64,000 nucleotides of DNA from an uncultured Clostridia bacterium (GCA_934169775.1 CAKPOI010000004.1:13853-77852), one strand, 5' to 3'. Numbered from the stretch's first letter, positions 18,324 to 28,120 are shown. Translations and numbers: made by a program. Notes: generated by a model from the sequence alone, not told the origin.

Positions 18324-18441
18324 AGTTGGAAAAGAATTAAATTTTGGCAAGGCAACTTTTATTTAAAAGGCAATGGCGCATACTCCGTGTATGTAACATA
18401 AGTTTTAAATGAAAGTTAACGTAGCCAAAATTGTAATTATT
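18324..18441. repeat. ~118-nt imperfect palindromic intergenic element, copy 1 (between sufC and sufB)
   Basis: agttggaaaagaattaaattttggcaaggcaa...gttaacgtagccaaaattgtaattatt. The second copy is at 41756-41877. The outer stem AATTTTGGC/GCCAAAATT is conserved, and the inner stems differ by compensatory changes. Confidence 0.8.
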
Positions 18442-19195
18442 CTCCAACCACTTTCTGTTTTTTGTATTGTGCATATCCTGTTTCTTCAATCTCTTCAGCA
18501 AGTTCTGCTGTAGATGTTTTTACAATTTGTCCATTTACTAAAACATGTACATAATCTACTTTTAAATGATTTAATATTTTAGTGTTGTGTGTTATTATTA
18601 AAACTGCATTTTCATAATTTTTATACATTTCTATTCCTTTTGAAACTGTTCTTATTGCATCTACATCTAGTCCAGAGTCTGTTTCATCTAGTATTGCTAG
18701 TTTTGGATTTAGCACTAACATTTGCATTATTTCATTTTTCTTTTTTTCTCCTCCAGAAAATCCTACATTTAGGTTTCTTTCTATCAATTTTGGATTCATG
18801 TTTAATTCTTCTACATATTTTTTTACAGTGTCTTTGAATTCAAATATTTTTACTGGTTTTTCTGTTATTTTATTTTTTGCATATTTTAAGAAATTCATTG
18901 TTGAGATTCCTGGTATTTCCTCTGGTAATTGAAATGACATAAATATTCCTTTTTTGGCAATTTGGTCTGTGCTTAAATTGTTTATATTTTCTCCTTCAAA
19001 TTCTACTGTTCCACTTGTTTTAGTGTACTCTGGATTGTTTAATATGACATTTGCAAGTGTTGATTTTCCTGCTCCATTTGGTCCCATTATTACATGGATT
19101 TCTCCTTTTTTTATGTTTAAGTTTAATCCTTTTAGTATTTCTTTTTCTCCTGCGTTTACGTGTAAGTCTTTTATTTCTAATAAATTTTCACTCAT
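18437..19195 (-). CDS. sufC: Fe-S cluster assembly ATPase SufC
   Basis: ABC ATPase with Walker A GPNGAGKST, signature FSGGEKKKNE and Walker B LAILDETDSGLD. Start at ATG 19195 (MSENLLEIKDL) rather than the upstream GTG at 19240. Confidence 0.93.
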   Translation of the reverse strand: MSENLLEIKDLHVNAGEKEILKGLNLNIKKGEIHVIMGPNGAGKSTLANVILNNPEYTKTSGTVEFEGENINNLSTDQIAKKGIFMSFQLPEEIPGISTMNFLKYAKNKITEKPVKIFEFKDTVKKYVEELNMNPKLIERNLNVGFSGGEKKKNEIMQMLVLNPKLAILDETDSGLDVDAIRTVSKGIEMYKNYENAVLIITHNTKILNHLKVDYVHVLVNGQIVKTSTAELAEEIEETGYAQYKKQKVVGE

Positions 19196-19306
19196 TTTAT
19201 GATTCAATCCTTTCTTTTTATTAAAATTTTTTGTAAGCACGTTCTTTAATTTATTGTATTGTTTTTTATATTTTAAAAAGTTCGAAGAACTTTCTAGAAT
19301 ATAAAA

Positions 19307-19780
19307 TTAATTAGTTTTTTCTATATTTATTTTATTAACATTTGTTTTTCTTTTTATGCAACTCCTACATTTTTCTTGGTTTATATCATAGTTACAATTT
19401 AATTCTCTTAGTCCTAATACATTATGTACATATTTTGCTAATTTATTTATTGTTTCATCTGTCGTTACTAATTTTATTTTTTCTGCTTCTTCTTTTGCGG
19501 CTTCTTCTTCTAAATTTAATACATCTTTTAAAAATAAATATACTATGTCATATGCTTCTAATATTTTTTGTGCTAGACTTTCTCCTTGTTTCGTTAATTC
19601 TATTGTTCCATATGTTTCGTATTTTATTAGTTTTTCTTCTTTTAAATTGTTTAATGCTTTGTTTACACTTGGTTTTGTGCAATTCATTTTGTTTGCTATA
19701 TCTGTTACTCTAATATTGCCATTTTGTTTTTGTAACACATACATTGTTTTTAAATATTCTTCTTGTGACTTTGATATCAT
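19307..19780 (-). CDS. DtxR/MntR-family metal-dependent transcriptional regulator
   Basis: 157-aa ORF. SQEEYLKTMYVLQKQNGNIRVTDIANKMNCTKPSVNKALNNLKEEKLI (wHTH) followed by a dimerisation region, typical of iron/manganese-dependent repressors. It has a C-terminal Cys-rich tail. Confidence 0.85.
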   Translation of the reverse strand: MISKSQEEYLKTMYVLQKQNGNIRVTDIANKMNCTKPSVNKALNNLKEEKLIKYETYGTIELTKQGESLAQKILEAYDIVYLFLKDVLNLEEEAAKEEAEKIKLVTTDETINKLAKYVHNVLGLRELNCNYDINQEKCRSCIKRKTNVNKINIEKTN

Positions 19781-19809
19781 TTTTTCTCCCTCTTATTTTT
19801 GTTAATCTC

Positions 19810-19852
19810 GGCTAACATTATACATCTTTTAATTTTGTTTGTCAAGGCTAAC
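19810..19852 (-). promoter_or_regulatory. consensus sigma-A promoter of the DtxR-type gene, bracketed by two GTTAGCC boxes (candidate operators)
   Basis: Minus strand gTTAGCC-TTGACA (19845-19840), 17 nt, TATAAT (19822-19817), then gTTAGCCg. GTTAGCC is the core of the DtxR/IdeR-type operator half-site. Confidence 0.55.
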
Positions 19853-20058
19853 TCTTCTATATTTATGCAATTTTAGCTTTGCTATAATATGTAAAAAAAG
19901 CTGAGATATTAAAAATGAGACTACTTTTTAGCAGCCTCAGTTTTAATACCTTAGTTTTTTTCTATTAATAATATTAATTCATTTGCTCTTTTCTTTACAA
20001 GCATTTCTAATAATTTTATTCTTTTCTCTGATAAATTATATATTTTATGTTTTTTGTC

Positions 20059-21927
20059 TTATTCTTCACATTCTTCAAATTGAGAATTGTATAGTTCTGA
20101 ATAAAATCCATTTTTAGCAAGTAATTCTTCATGTGTTCCTTGTTCTACAATGTCCCCATGATTCATTACTAATATTAAGTCTGCATTTTTTATGGTTGAT
20201 AGTCTATGTGCTATTATAAAACTTGTTCTACCTTTCATTAAGTTATCCATTGCAGATTGTATTTGTTGTTCTGTTCTAGTATCTATTGAACTTGTTGCTT
20301 CATCTAGTATTAGAATTTTTGGATCTGCTAATATTACTCTTGCTATTGTTAATAATTGTTTTTGACCAGCTGATATATTAGTTGATTCCTCATTGATTTT
20401 AGCATCATATCCTTTTGATAATGTTTTTATATAATGATGTATATGTGCTGCTTTTGCTGCTTCTATTACTTCTGAATCTGTAGCATCTGGTTTACTATAT
20501 TTAATATTTTCTTTTATTGTTCCTCCAAATAGCCATGTATCTTGTAGTACCATTCCAAACATTTTTCTAAGTTCTCCACGTTTGAAATCTTTTATATTAT
20601 GTCCGTCTACTAAGATTTCTCCACTGTTTACATCGTAAAATCTCATTAGCAATTTTACCATTGTTGTTTTTCCAGCTCCTGTTGGTCCAACAATTGCTAT
20701 TTTTTGTCCGTCTTTTACATTTGCATTAAAGTCATTTATTATTATTTTTTCTGGATCATATCCGAATTTTACGTTTTTAAATTCTATATTTCCTTTTAAA
20801 CCTTCTGTTGATACTGGATTTTTTACATCTTCTATTTCTTCTTTTTCTTCTAAAAATTCAAATATTCTTTCTGCTGCTGCAATCATTGATTGTATTGTGC
20901 TTGATATTTGTGCCACTTGACCTATTGGCTGTGTAAATTGTTTATTATATTGTATAAAACTTTGTATGTTTCCTACTGTTATTCTTCCGTTTACTGCAAA
21001 ATATCCTCCTAATATTGCTACAACTACATATCCTACATTTCCAACAAAATTCATCAATGGATACATTAGTCCTGATAAAAATTGTGAACGCCATCCAGAT
21101 TTGTATAATTCTTGATTTTCTTTTTCAAATTCTTTTATTGCTTGGTTTTCTCTACCAAAAACTTTTACAATATTATGTCCTCCATAAACTTCTTCAACTT
21201 GCCCATTTACATGTCCTAAATACTCTTGTTGTTTTACAAAGTATTTTTGTGATTTTCCTATTACATTTTTTAATATTATTGCTGATATTGGTAATATTAA
21301 TAAACTTACTACTGTCATTTCCCAGCTTATTGAAAACATCATTACTAATATTCCTATTATTGTACATATTGATGTTATTATTTGTGTTATACTTTGGTTT
21401 AGTCCTGTGCTTAGTGTATCAACGTCATTTGATATAATTGATAATACTTCTCCATTTGTTCTTTTGTCAAAATATTTCATTGGTAATTTGTTTATTTTTT
21501 GTGTTAATTCATTTCTGATTTTATATGTTACTTTTTGTGCTACTCCTGCCATTATATAGCTTTGTATCATTGAAAATGCTGCACTTATAACATATAAGCC
21601 TAATGCAAATAAAATAATTTGGCCTATTTTTGTAAAATCTATTCCTCCTGTTTGGTTTATTTTGTTCATTAGCCCTGTATATATTTCTGTTGTTGCATTT
21701 CCTAATATTTTTGGCCCTACTATACTAAATATTGTACTTCCTATTGCAAATATCATTACTATTATTATTGCTATTTTATAGCTTGAAAGTCTTTTGGCTA
21801 ATTTTTTTGTTGTTCCTTTTACATCTTTTGCTTTTTCTGCTGGTCCTTGACTTCCATGTGGTCCTCCCATTGGTCCATGACCTTTCATTTTTGGAGGTGT
21901 TTTTGTTTCTTGATTACTCATGTTCAT
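20059..21927 (-). CDS. ABC exporter, fused permease/ATPase subunit (heterodimeric multidrug/lipid exporter type)
   Basis: 622-aa ORF with six-TM domain plus NBD: Walker A GPTGAGKTT, signature ISAGQKQLL, Walker B ILILDEATSSID. It overlaps the upstream partner gene by 14 nt. Confidence 0.9.
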   Translation of the reverse strand: MNMSNQETKTPPKMKGHGPMGGPHGSQGPAEKAKDVKGTTKKLAKRLSSYKIAIIIVMIFAIGSTIFSIVGPKILGNATTEIYTGLMNKINQTGGIDFTKIGQIILFALGLYVISAAFSMIQSYIMAGVAQKVTYKIRNELTQKINKLPMKYFDKRTNGEVLSIISNDVDTLSTGLNQSITQIITSICTIIGILVMMFSISWEMTVVSLLILPISAIILKNVIGKSQKYFVKQQEYLGHVNGQVEEVYGGHNIVKVFGRENQAIKEFEKENQELYKSGWRSQFLSGLMYPLMNFVGNVGYVVVAILGGYFAVNGRITVGNIQSFIQYNKQFTQPIGQVAQISSTIQSMIAAAERIFEFLEEKEEIEDVKNPVSTEGLKGNIEFKNVKFGYDPEKIIINDFNANVKDGQKIAIVGPTGAGKTTMVKLLMRFYDVNSGEILVDGHNIKDFKRGELRKMFGMVLQDTWLFGGTIKENIKYSKPDATDSEVIEAAKAAHIHHYIKTLSKGYDAKINEESTNISAGQKQLLTIARVILADPKILILDEATSSIDTRTEQQIQSAMDNLMKGRTSFIIAHRLSTIKNADLILVMNHGDIVEQGTHEELLAKNGFYSELYNSQFEECEE

Positions 21928-24259
21928 TACCTCCTTTGTTTAAGTTTAGTTCTTCTTCTGATAGTTGTGATAAAGCTATTTGTTTGTATGTTTCATTATT
22001 TTTTATTAGTTCTTCATGTGTTCCTTTTCCTACAACTTTTCCATCTTCTAGCACTATTATTTGATCTGCATTTAGTATTGTGTTTATTCTTTGTGCAACG
22101 ATAATTACTGTTTTATTTTTTGTTTTTTTAGCAAGCTCTGCTCTTAATATACTGTCTGTTTTAAAATCTAGTGCTGAAAAACTATCATCAAATACTAATA
22201 TTTCTGGGTCTATTGCTATTGCTCTTGCTATTGATAGCCTTTGTTTTTGACCTCCTGATACATTGCTTCCTCCTTGTGCTATTAGTTCTTTGTATTTTTC
22301 TGGTTTAGATTCTATAAATTCTGTTGCTTGTGCTATTTGTGCTGCTTCTATCATTCTTTCATCTGACATTTCTGGATTTCCATATTTGATATTTGATTCT
22401 ATTGTTCCAGAAAATAGTATTCCTTTTTGTGGAACAAATCCTATTATTTTTCTTAAATCTTTATTAGCTATTTTTTTTATATCCACTCCATCTATTAATA
22501 AATTTCCAGATGTTATATCATAAAATCTTGGTATTAAATTTACTATTGTTGATTTTCCGCTTCCTGTACTTCCTATAATTGCTGTTGTTTTTCCTGGCTC
22601 AGCTGTAAATGTTATATCACTTAATACTTCCTCATCACTGTCTGGATATCTAAATGATACATTTTTAAATTCTACTATTCCTTTTTTATTTTGATCTAAT
22701 TTTTGTGGTTCATTACTGTCTTTTATTGCTTCATCAGTTTCTAATATTTCATTTATACGGTTTGCTGATACTGATGCTCTTGGTAACATTATTGATACCA
22801 TTGATATCATTAAAAAGCTCATTACTATTTGCATTGTATATTGGATAAATGCCATCATATTTCCAACTTGCATTGTTCCATTATCTATTCCATGTGCTCC
22901 AACCCATACTATTAATAAAGATATTCCATTCATTATTAGCATTAATGTTGGCATCATAAAGCTCATTGCTCTATTTACAAATAAGTTTGTTTTGGTTAAG
23001 TCTGTATTTGCTTTGTCAAATCTATTTTCTTCTTTTTTCTCTGTATTAAATGCTCTTATTACTGGCAATCCTGTTAAAATTTCTCTTGCTACTAAGTTTA
23101 GTTTGTCTATTAATTGTTGTAATTTTTTAAATCTTGGCATTGCTATAATAAATAGTGTTCCAACTACAAATAGGATTGCTAAAATTGCTACACCTATAAT
23201 CCATGCCATTGAATTATTACTTTGTCTTAATACTCTTAAAAAGCCTCCTATTCCTATAATTGGTGCATATACTAATACTCTAAATAAGATTGCTATTAAT
23301 CCTTGAATTTGTTGGATATCATTTGTTGAACGTGTAATTAATGATGCTGTACTGTACTCAGAAAATTCTTTGTTTGAAAAGCTTAATACTTTTTTGAATA
23401 CTTTTTCTCTTAGAGTTTTTGCTAGTCTTGCTGCAACTCTTGCAGATAAGCACATTATTGAAATTGCTGATACCATTATTATAAATGATATTCCTAACAT
23501 TTTTAGTCCTGCCATTATTATATATTGATTTTGTATTTTGTCTGTGTCCATTCCTATTGCTTTATATTCATTTTTTACTTCTTGTATTGCTGCTTGCTCT
23601 AAAATACTTTCTTGCATGTCATTAATTTTTTGATTTATATTTTCTAACATTTTGTCTAATTGTTCTTTTGGCATTTGTTTTATTATTTCAATTAAATTCA
23701 TATTTTGCATTGCTTGTATTTGTTGTTCTTGCATTTTTTGTGCAGTTATGTTTTGTGTGCTAGTTGTGCTTTGTTCCATTTGATTTGTTTTTATTGCTTC
23801 TACCATTTGTTGTTTTAATTGTTCTGATGTTTCTTCGTTTTCTAACATACTTAATACCATTAATGGTTTTGCCATTATATTGTTTAATTCTTCTTGTTCA
23901 TTTTTGTTTGTTTTTTTCTGTTTATATAATGCCTCATTTTCTAGTGCTGGATATTTTTTTACTAATTTTTCATATTCTTTATTGTCTAAATTTTCTTTTG
24001 ACATTTCTTCATATGATGATAAGATTTTGTCATCATCTTCTGTAAAGATTAGTAAATTTTCTATTTCACTTTTTCTTATTACTTCTGGTGCAACATTTTC
24101 TATTCCTCCATTTTGGATTCCTATATTTACTATTTTTGATGTATAATCTGGTAGTGTTAAGTCTCCTGCTGCTTGAACTATTAATAATAGTACTATTGCT
24201 ATTACAGATATCCATGATTCTTTTAAATTTTTTAATACTTTTAACATTTCTTTTTGCAT
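21914..24259 (-). CDS. ABC exporter, fused permease/ATPase subunit with a ~190-aa Q/E/M-rich insertion after TM1
   Basis: 781-aa ORF with Walker A GSTGSGKST, signature VSGGQKQRL and Walker B ILVFDDSFSALD. A long low-complexity segment lies between the first two TM helices. Confidence 0.9.
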   Translation of the reverse strand: MQKEMLKVLKNLKESWISVIAIVLLLIVQAAGDLTLPDYTSKIVNIGIQNGGIENVAPEVIRKSEIENLLIFTEDDDKILSSYEEMSKENLDNKEYEKLVKKYPALENEALYKQKKTNKNEQEELNNIMAKPLMVLSMLENEETSEQLKQQMVEAIKTNQMEQSTTSTQNITAQKMQEQQIQAMQNMNLIEIIKQMPKEQLDKMLENINQKINDMQESILEQAAIQEVKNEYKAIGMDTDKIQNQYIIMAGLKMLGISFIIMVSAISIMCLSARVAARLAKTLREKVFKKVLSFSNKEFSEYSTASLITRSTNDIQQIQGLIAILFRVLVYAPIIGIGGFLRVLRQSNNSMAWIIGVAILAILFVVGTLFIIAMPRFKKLQQLIDKLNLVAREILTGLPVIRAFNTEKKEENRFDKANTDLTKTNLFVNRAMSFMMPTLMLIMNGISLLIVWVGAHGIDNGTMQVGNMMAFIQYTMQIVMSFLMISMVSIMLPRASVSANRINEILETDEAIKDSNEPQKLDQNKKGIVEFKNVSFRYPDSDEEVLSDITFTAEPGKTTAIIGSTGSGKSTIVNLIPRFYDITSGNLLIDGVDIKKIANKDLRKIIGFVPQKGILFSGTIESNIKYGNPEMSDERMIEAAQIAQATEFIESKPEKYKELIAQGGSNVSGGQKQRLSIARAIAIDPEILVFDDSFSALDFKTDSILRAELAKKTKNKTVIIVAQRINTILNADQIIVLEDGKVVGKGTHEELIKNNETYKQIALSQLSEEELNLNKGGNEHE

Positions 24260-24290
24260 GATTTTTTAGTAATCATACATTCCTCCTTCC

Positions 24291-24897
24291 TTATTTAATA
24301 ATTCCGTATTTTAGATATTCTAGTTGTTTTAAGTAATTTTTTCTTGCTTCTTCTTTTGATTTATATTTGAATCTCATTACAATTGCTTTCGTTGTTATTG
24401 TAAATAAGATTTTTTCTACAATTTCAAATTCTTCTTTTGAATTTATTTTTAACTTTGACGTGTCTATATATTCATAAAAGTCTTTTATTTTTTTTGGTTT
24501 TTCGTCTATAATTTTTTTGAAAATTTTGCTGTCCTCACTGGTTTTTAAATTTTCAAATATTTTTTTATAGAATTCCATGTCCTCATTTTTTATTAAATTA
24601 GTATCGACATAGTCATACATTGCTATAAATATTTTAAATATGTCTCCTTTTGATTTTATGACGTTTTCTTCCATTTGTGCATTCATTTCTTTAAAATGAA
24701 TATTTAAAATATATCCGCAATAAATCTTCTTTGCTGTTGAAATATTGATAAAAACTTCCTCTTGCAATTTCTGCTTCTTCTACTATATTTTTTATTGATG
24801 TTTGTTCAAATGGTACTCTTTCAAATTCTTTTTTGGCTGCTTTTATTATTTTGTTTTTCTTTTCTTCTGGTAATTTTAAGAATGTTTCTTTGGGCAT
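24291..24897 (-). pseudogene. TetR/AcrR-family regulator split by a frameshift
   Basis: The 68-aa ORF 24691-24897 carries the HTH (FERVPFEQTSIKNIVEEAEIARGSFYQYFNSKEDLL) and stops 9 codons later. The ligand-domain frame (..GYILNIHFKEMNAQME..) continues in the +1 frame as ORF 24291-24767. The switch point is near 24715-24725. Confidence 0.7.
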
Positions 24898-24971
24898 TTT
24901 TTCACCACCTTTTGCTTATAGTTTGGTTAAATGTATTTATTATTTTTTTACAAATAGTTTGAAGTCATAAA

Positions 24972-25009
24972 ATGACACCGTGTCATCATTATAAGTGACA
25001 TGGTGTCAT
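24972..25009. promoter_or_regulatory. two 15-bp palindromic operators upstream of the TetR gene
   Basis: ATGACACcGTGTCAT (24972-24986, perfect palindrome) and GTGACATgGTGTCAT (24995-25009). Centres are 23 bp apart, 75-110 nt upstream of the TetR start. Confidence 0.7.
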
Positions 25010-25081
25010 TTGTCAATATGATTATTGTATCTTTTTTGTAAATTTTTTGTGAACTATTTCTATAAATGATATCCTTTGCAT

Positions 25082-25771
25082 TTATAAAATTTCTAAAATT
25101 TCTTCTATTTTAGAGATAGTATAATATTTAATTTGCTTTGTATTTTCTTTATCCTCTAACCTATAAAAAGAATTTTTTTTATTATTTCCACTTTCAGTTG
25201 GATTATAATAAATTGCCTGAAGTCCAGCAGTTAATGCTCCTTCTATGTCTCTTGCAAAGTTGTCTCCTATCATTATACATTCTTCTGATTTGTTTTCACC
25301 AATTGCTTGCATAAAAGCTTCTTTAAATGGCTTTCTTTTGGTTTTTTCTGCTGCATATACTTCTGTAAAATATTTTAAAATATTTGCTTTTTCTAATCTT
25401 TTGACTTGTTGGTTTTTAAACCAGTCTGTTAAACAAACCATTTCGTATTTGTTTTTTAGTTCTCCAAGTGTTTTTATTGTTGCCATACTTATCTTTTCTG
25501 GTGCACATTCTCCCCATTTTTCTATAATTTTGTCAATAAATTCTTTGGGATATGTTTTGTCTGTATATTTGTTTATAAAGTTTATCATGTTTTCTTTGTT
25601 AAATGAATAATATTCATTTTCGTATGCAGCCATAGCTTGTTTGATTTTGTTAAATTCCTCGTCTGAGCATTCTATTTTTAATTCTTTTAACACATCATAT
25701 ATTTTATTATAATATTCGTTCTTCCATGGTATTAGTGTATTATCTATGTCAAATATTACTCTTTTTATCAT
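25082..25771 (-). CDS. HAD-superfamily hydrolase
   Basis: 229-aa ORF with motif I VIFDIDNTL and motif IV IMIGDNFARDIEGA. Confidence 0.85.
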   Translation of the reverse strand: MIKRVIFDIDNTLIPWKNEYYNKIYDVLKELKIECSDEEFNKIKQAMAAYENEYYSFNKENMINFINKYTDKTYPKEFIDKIIEKWGECAPEKISMATIKTLGELKNKYEMVCLTDWFKNQQVKRLEKANILKYFTEVYAAEKTKRKPFKEAFMQAIGENKSEECIMIGDNFARDIEGALTAGLQAIYYNPTESGNNKKNSFYRLEDKENTKQIKYYTISKIEEILEIL

Positions 25772-25791
25772 CTTATTTCCTCACTAATTTT

Positions 25792-26442
25792 TTACATTTT
25801 TCTGAATACTCCTGCTACTTTTCCTAAAATTTCACATGTTGGTACTATTATTGGGTCCATTGTACTGTTTTCTGGTTGTAAACGGATATGGTCTTTTTCT
25901 TTGTAAAATGTTTTTACTGTTGCTTCATCTTCTATTAATGCTACTACAATTTCTCCATTATTGGCATTATTTTGTTTTTTTACTAATATGTAGTCTCCAT
26001 CTAATATTCCTGCTTCTATCATGCTTTCTCCTCTAACTGTAAGCATAAAGCAGTCTGAATTTCCTACAAAGTCGATTGGAATTGGAAATGTATCTGTTAC
26101 ATTTTCTACTGCTAATATTGGCATTCCTGCTGTTATTTTTCCTACTACTGGTACTTCTACTAATTCTTTTTGTGTATAAAAGTCTTTGCTTGATGTTTTT
26201 TTGGTTTCTCCTGTACTTCCTTTTAATAATCTTAGTGTTCTTCCTTTTTTGTCTTTCTTTTTTATATATCCTTTTTTTTCTAGTCTTTCTAAGTATCCAT
26301 GTACTGTTGCTGTTGAACTTAAGCCTACAGCTTGTCCTATTTCTCTTACTGATGGTGGATATCCATCTGTCATTATTTGTTTTTCAATAAATTTTAATAT
26401 TGTTTTTTCTCTTTTATTTAATTCTTCTTTTTTTCTAGGCAT
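25792..26442 (-). CDS. lexA: SOS repressor LexA
   Basis: w[37 protein letters not shown], cleavage-site region [12 protein letters not shown], and S24 peptidase core [22 protein letters not shown] 26442 preferred over GTG 26451. Confidence 0.9.
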   Translation of the reverse strand: MPRKKEELNKREKTILKFIEKQIMTDGYPPSVREIGQAVGLSSTATVHGYLERLEKKGYIKKKDKKGRTLRLLKGSTGETKKTSSKDFYTQKELVEVPVVGKITAGMPILAVENVTDTFPIPIDFVGNSDCFMLTVRGESMIEAGILDGDYILVKKQNNANNGEIVVALIEDEATVKTFYKEKDHIRLQPENSTMDPIIVPTCEILGKVAGVFRKM

Positions 26443-26528
26443 TTTCCCCACTCCATTCTCGTTTTTTCACATTGTATCATACAAACAAATAAATGTCAAA
26501 CAAAAGTTTTATTTTTTTATAAAAAATT

Positions 26529-26577
26529 AAAGAACCTTAATTACTAAACTTTTGTTGTTTAATAATTAAGGTTCTTT
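26529..26577 (-). terminator. intrinsic terminator after rny
   Basis: 15-bp stem aaagaaccttaatta / taattaaggttcttt starting 2 nt after the stop codon, followed on the minus strand by a U run. Confidence 0.7.
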
Positions 26578-26578
26578 T

Positions 26579-28120
26579 TTATTTTGCGTAATCTACTACT
26601 CTTGTTTCTCTTATTACATTTACTTTTATTTGACCTGGATAGTCCATTTCATTTTCAACTCTTTTTGATACTTCTCTTGCTAATACTGTCATTTGGTCAT
26701 CAGATACTTTTTCTGGTTTTACTATAATACGTACTTCTCTTCCTGCTTGTATTGCAAATGATTTTTCAACTCCGTTGAATGAATCTGCTATCTCTTCTAA
26801 GTTTTGTAGTCTCTTGATATATGCTTCTAGTGTTTCTCTTCTTGCTCCTGGTCTTGAAGCTGAAATTGCATCTGCTGCTTGAATTAATACTGCTTCTAAT
26901 GTTTGTGGTTCTACATCTTCATGATGTGCTTCCACAGCATTTATTACTAATGGATTTTCTTTGTATTTTTTTAGTATTTCTACTCCGATTTCTACATGTG
27001 TTCCTTCCATATCGTGATCTAATGCTTTTCCTATATCATGTAATAATCCTGCCCTTCTAGCTAATTTGGCATCTAACCCCAATTCTTCTGCCATGATTCT
27101 TGCTAAATTTGAAACTTCTATAGAATGGTTTAATACATTTTGTCCGTAACTTGTCCTATATTTTAGTTTTCCTATTAGTTTTACAAGGTCTGGATGTAAT
27201 CCTATAACTCCTGTTTCTAATACTGCTCTTTCTCCTTCTGATTTTATAGTTTCTTCTAGCTCTTGTTTTGCTTTTTCTACAGTTTCTTCAATTTTTGCAG
27301 GATGTATTCTTCCATCATCTATTAATTTTTCTAATGCTATTTTTGCAACTTCTCTTCTTAATGGGTCAAATCCTGATAATACTACTGCTTCTGGTGTATC
27401 ATCAATGATCAAGTCAACTCCTGTTAATGTTTCTAATGCTTTTATGTTTCTTCCTTCTCTACCAATAATTCTTCCCTTCATGTCGTCACTTGGTAGTGCT
27501 ACTATTGATACTGTTGTTTCTTGAGAGTGATCTGCTGCACATTTTTGAATTGCATATGTTAATACTTCTTTAGCATTTTTCATTGATTCTTCCTTTGCTG
27601 TTCTAGCAGCCGTTCTGATAATTTCTGCTTTTTCTGAAGCAACCTCTTTGTCTACTTCTGATAAGAGCTTTTCTTTTGCTTGCTCTTTTGTTAATGATGC
27701 TATTTGTTGTAGTTTTACTATTTCATCATCATACATTTTTTGAATTTCTTCTTTTTGGTCTTCTAATTCCTTTATGTGTCTTTCTACTTCTTGTTCTTTT
27801 TTCTCAAAGTTATCTGAACGTCTATCAAGATTCTCCTCTCTTTGAATTAATCTTGACTCTTGTCTTTGTACTTCGCCTCTTCTTTCTTTAATCTCTTGAT
27901 CTAATTCTTTTCTGCTTGCCATTATTTCTTCTTTGGCTTTAATTATTTCTTCTTTTTTTAAGTTTTCTGCTTCTATTTTTGCCATATCAATAATTCTTTT
28001 AGCTTCTTCTTCAGCATTTCCTACTTTAGATTCTGCAATCTTTTTGCGATATATTACCCCTATTATCGCTCCAATTACAAGTGAGATTAAGACAGCGGCT
28101 ACTATGACTCCAATGTTCAT
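26579..28120 (-). CDS. rny: ribonuclease Y
   Basis: 513-aa ORF with N-terminal TM anchor, long coiled coil, KH domain ([15 protein letters not shown]) and HD domain ([22 protein letters not shown]). Confidence 0.93.
   Translation of the reverse strand: MNIGVIVAAVLISLVIGAIIGVIYRKKIAESKVGNAEEEAKRIIDMAKIEAENLKKEEIIKAKEEIMASRKELDQEIKERRGEVQRQESRLIQREENLDRRSDNFEKKEQEVERHIKELEDQKEEIQKMYDDEIVKLQQIASLTKEQAKEKLLSEVDKEVASEKAEIIRTAARTAKEESMKNAKEVLTYAIQKCAADHSQETTVSIVALPSDDMKGRIIGREGRNIKALETLTGVDLIIDDTPEAVVLSGFDPLRREVAKIALEKLIDDGRIHPAKIEETVEKAKQELEETIKSEGERAVLETGVIGLHPDLVKLIGKLKYRTSYGQNVLNHSIEVSNLARIMAEELGLDAKLARRAGLLHDIGKALDHDMEGTHVEIGVEILKKYKENPLVINAVEAHHEDVEPQTLEAVLIQAADAISASRPGARRETLEAYIKRLQNLEEIADSFNGVEKSFAIQAGREVRIIVKPEKVSDDQMTVLAREVSKRVENEMDYPGQIKVNVIRETRVVDYAK

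Noticed and set aside
18300-18350. N-terminal extension of SufB (MPKFNSFPTKAEKGKKK) from the track ORF 16899-18350.
   Set aside because: The extension is encoded by the palindromic repeat element, uses a TTG start without an RBS, and is absent from the canonical SufB N-terminus. ATG 18299 has a good RBS.
19262-19292. Palindrome AAAGTTC-GAA-GAACTTT between the DtxR-type gene and sufC as a LexA or other operator.
   Set aside because: Its half-sites are in the wrong orientation for a GAAC-N4-GTTC SOS box. It is most simply the weak terminator or processing hairpin after the regulator gene.
24691-24767. Two independent overlapping genes, or a programmed frameshift, in the TetR locus.
   Set aside because: The two frames are the N- and C-terminal halves of one TetR fold. 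There is no slippery heptamer or stimulatory structure at the junction. A simple 1-nt indel (mutation or assembly error) is the parsimonious reading.
26498-26509. AAACAAAAGTTT upstream of lexA as an SOS (LexA) box.
   Set aside because: It is only a degenerate match to the Firmicutes CGAAC-N4-GTTCG consensus (both outer G/C positions are missing). Such A/T palindromes occur by chance in this composition, so I did not call it as a feature.
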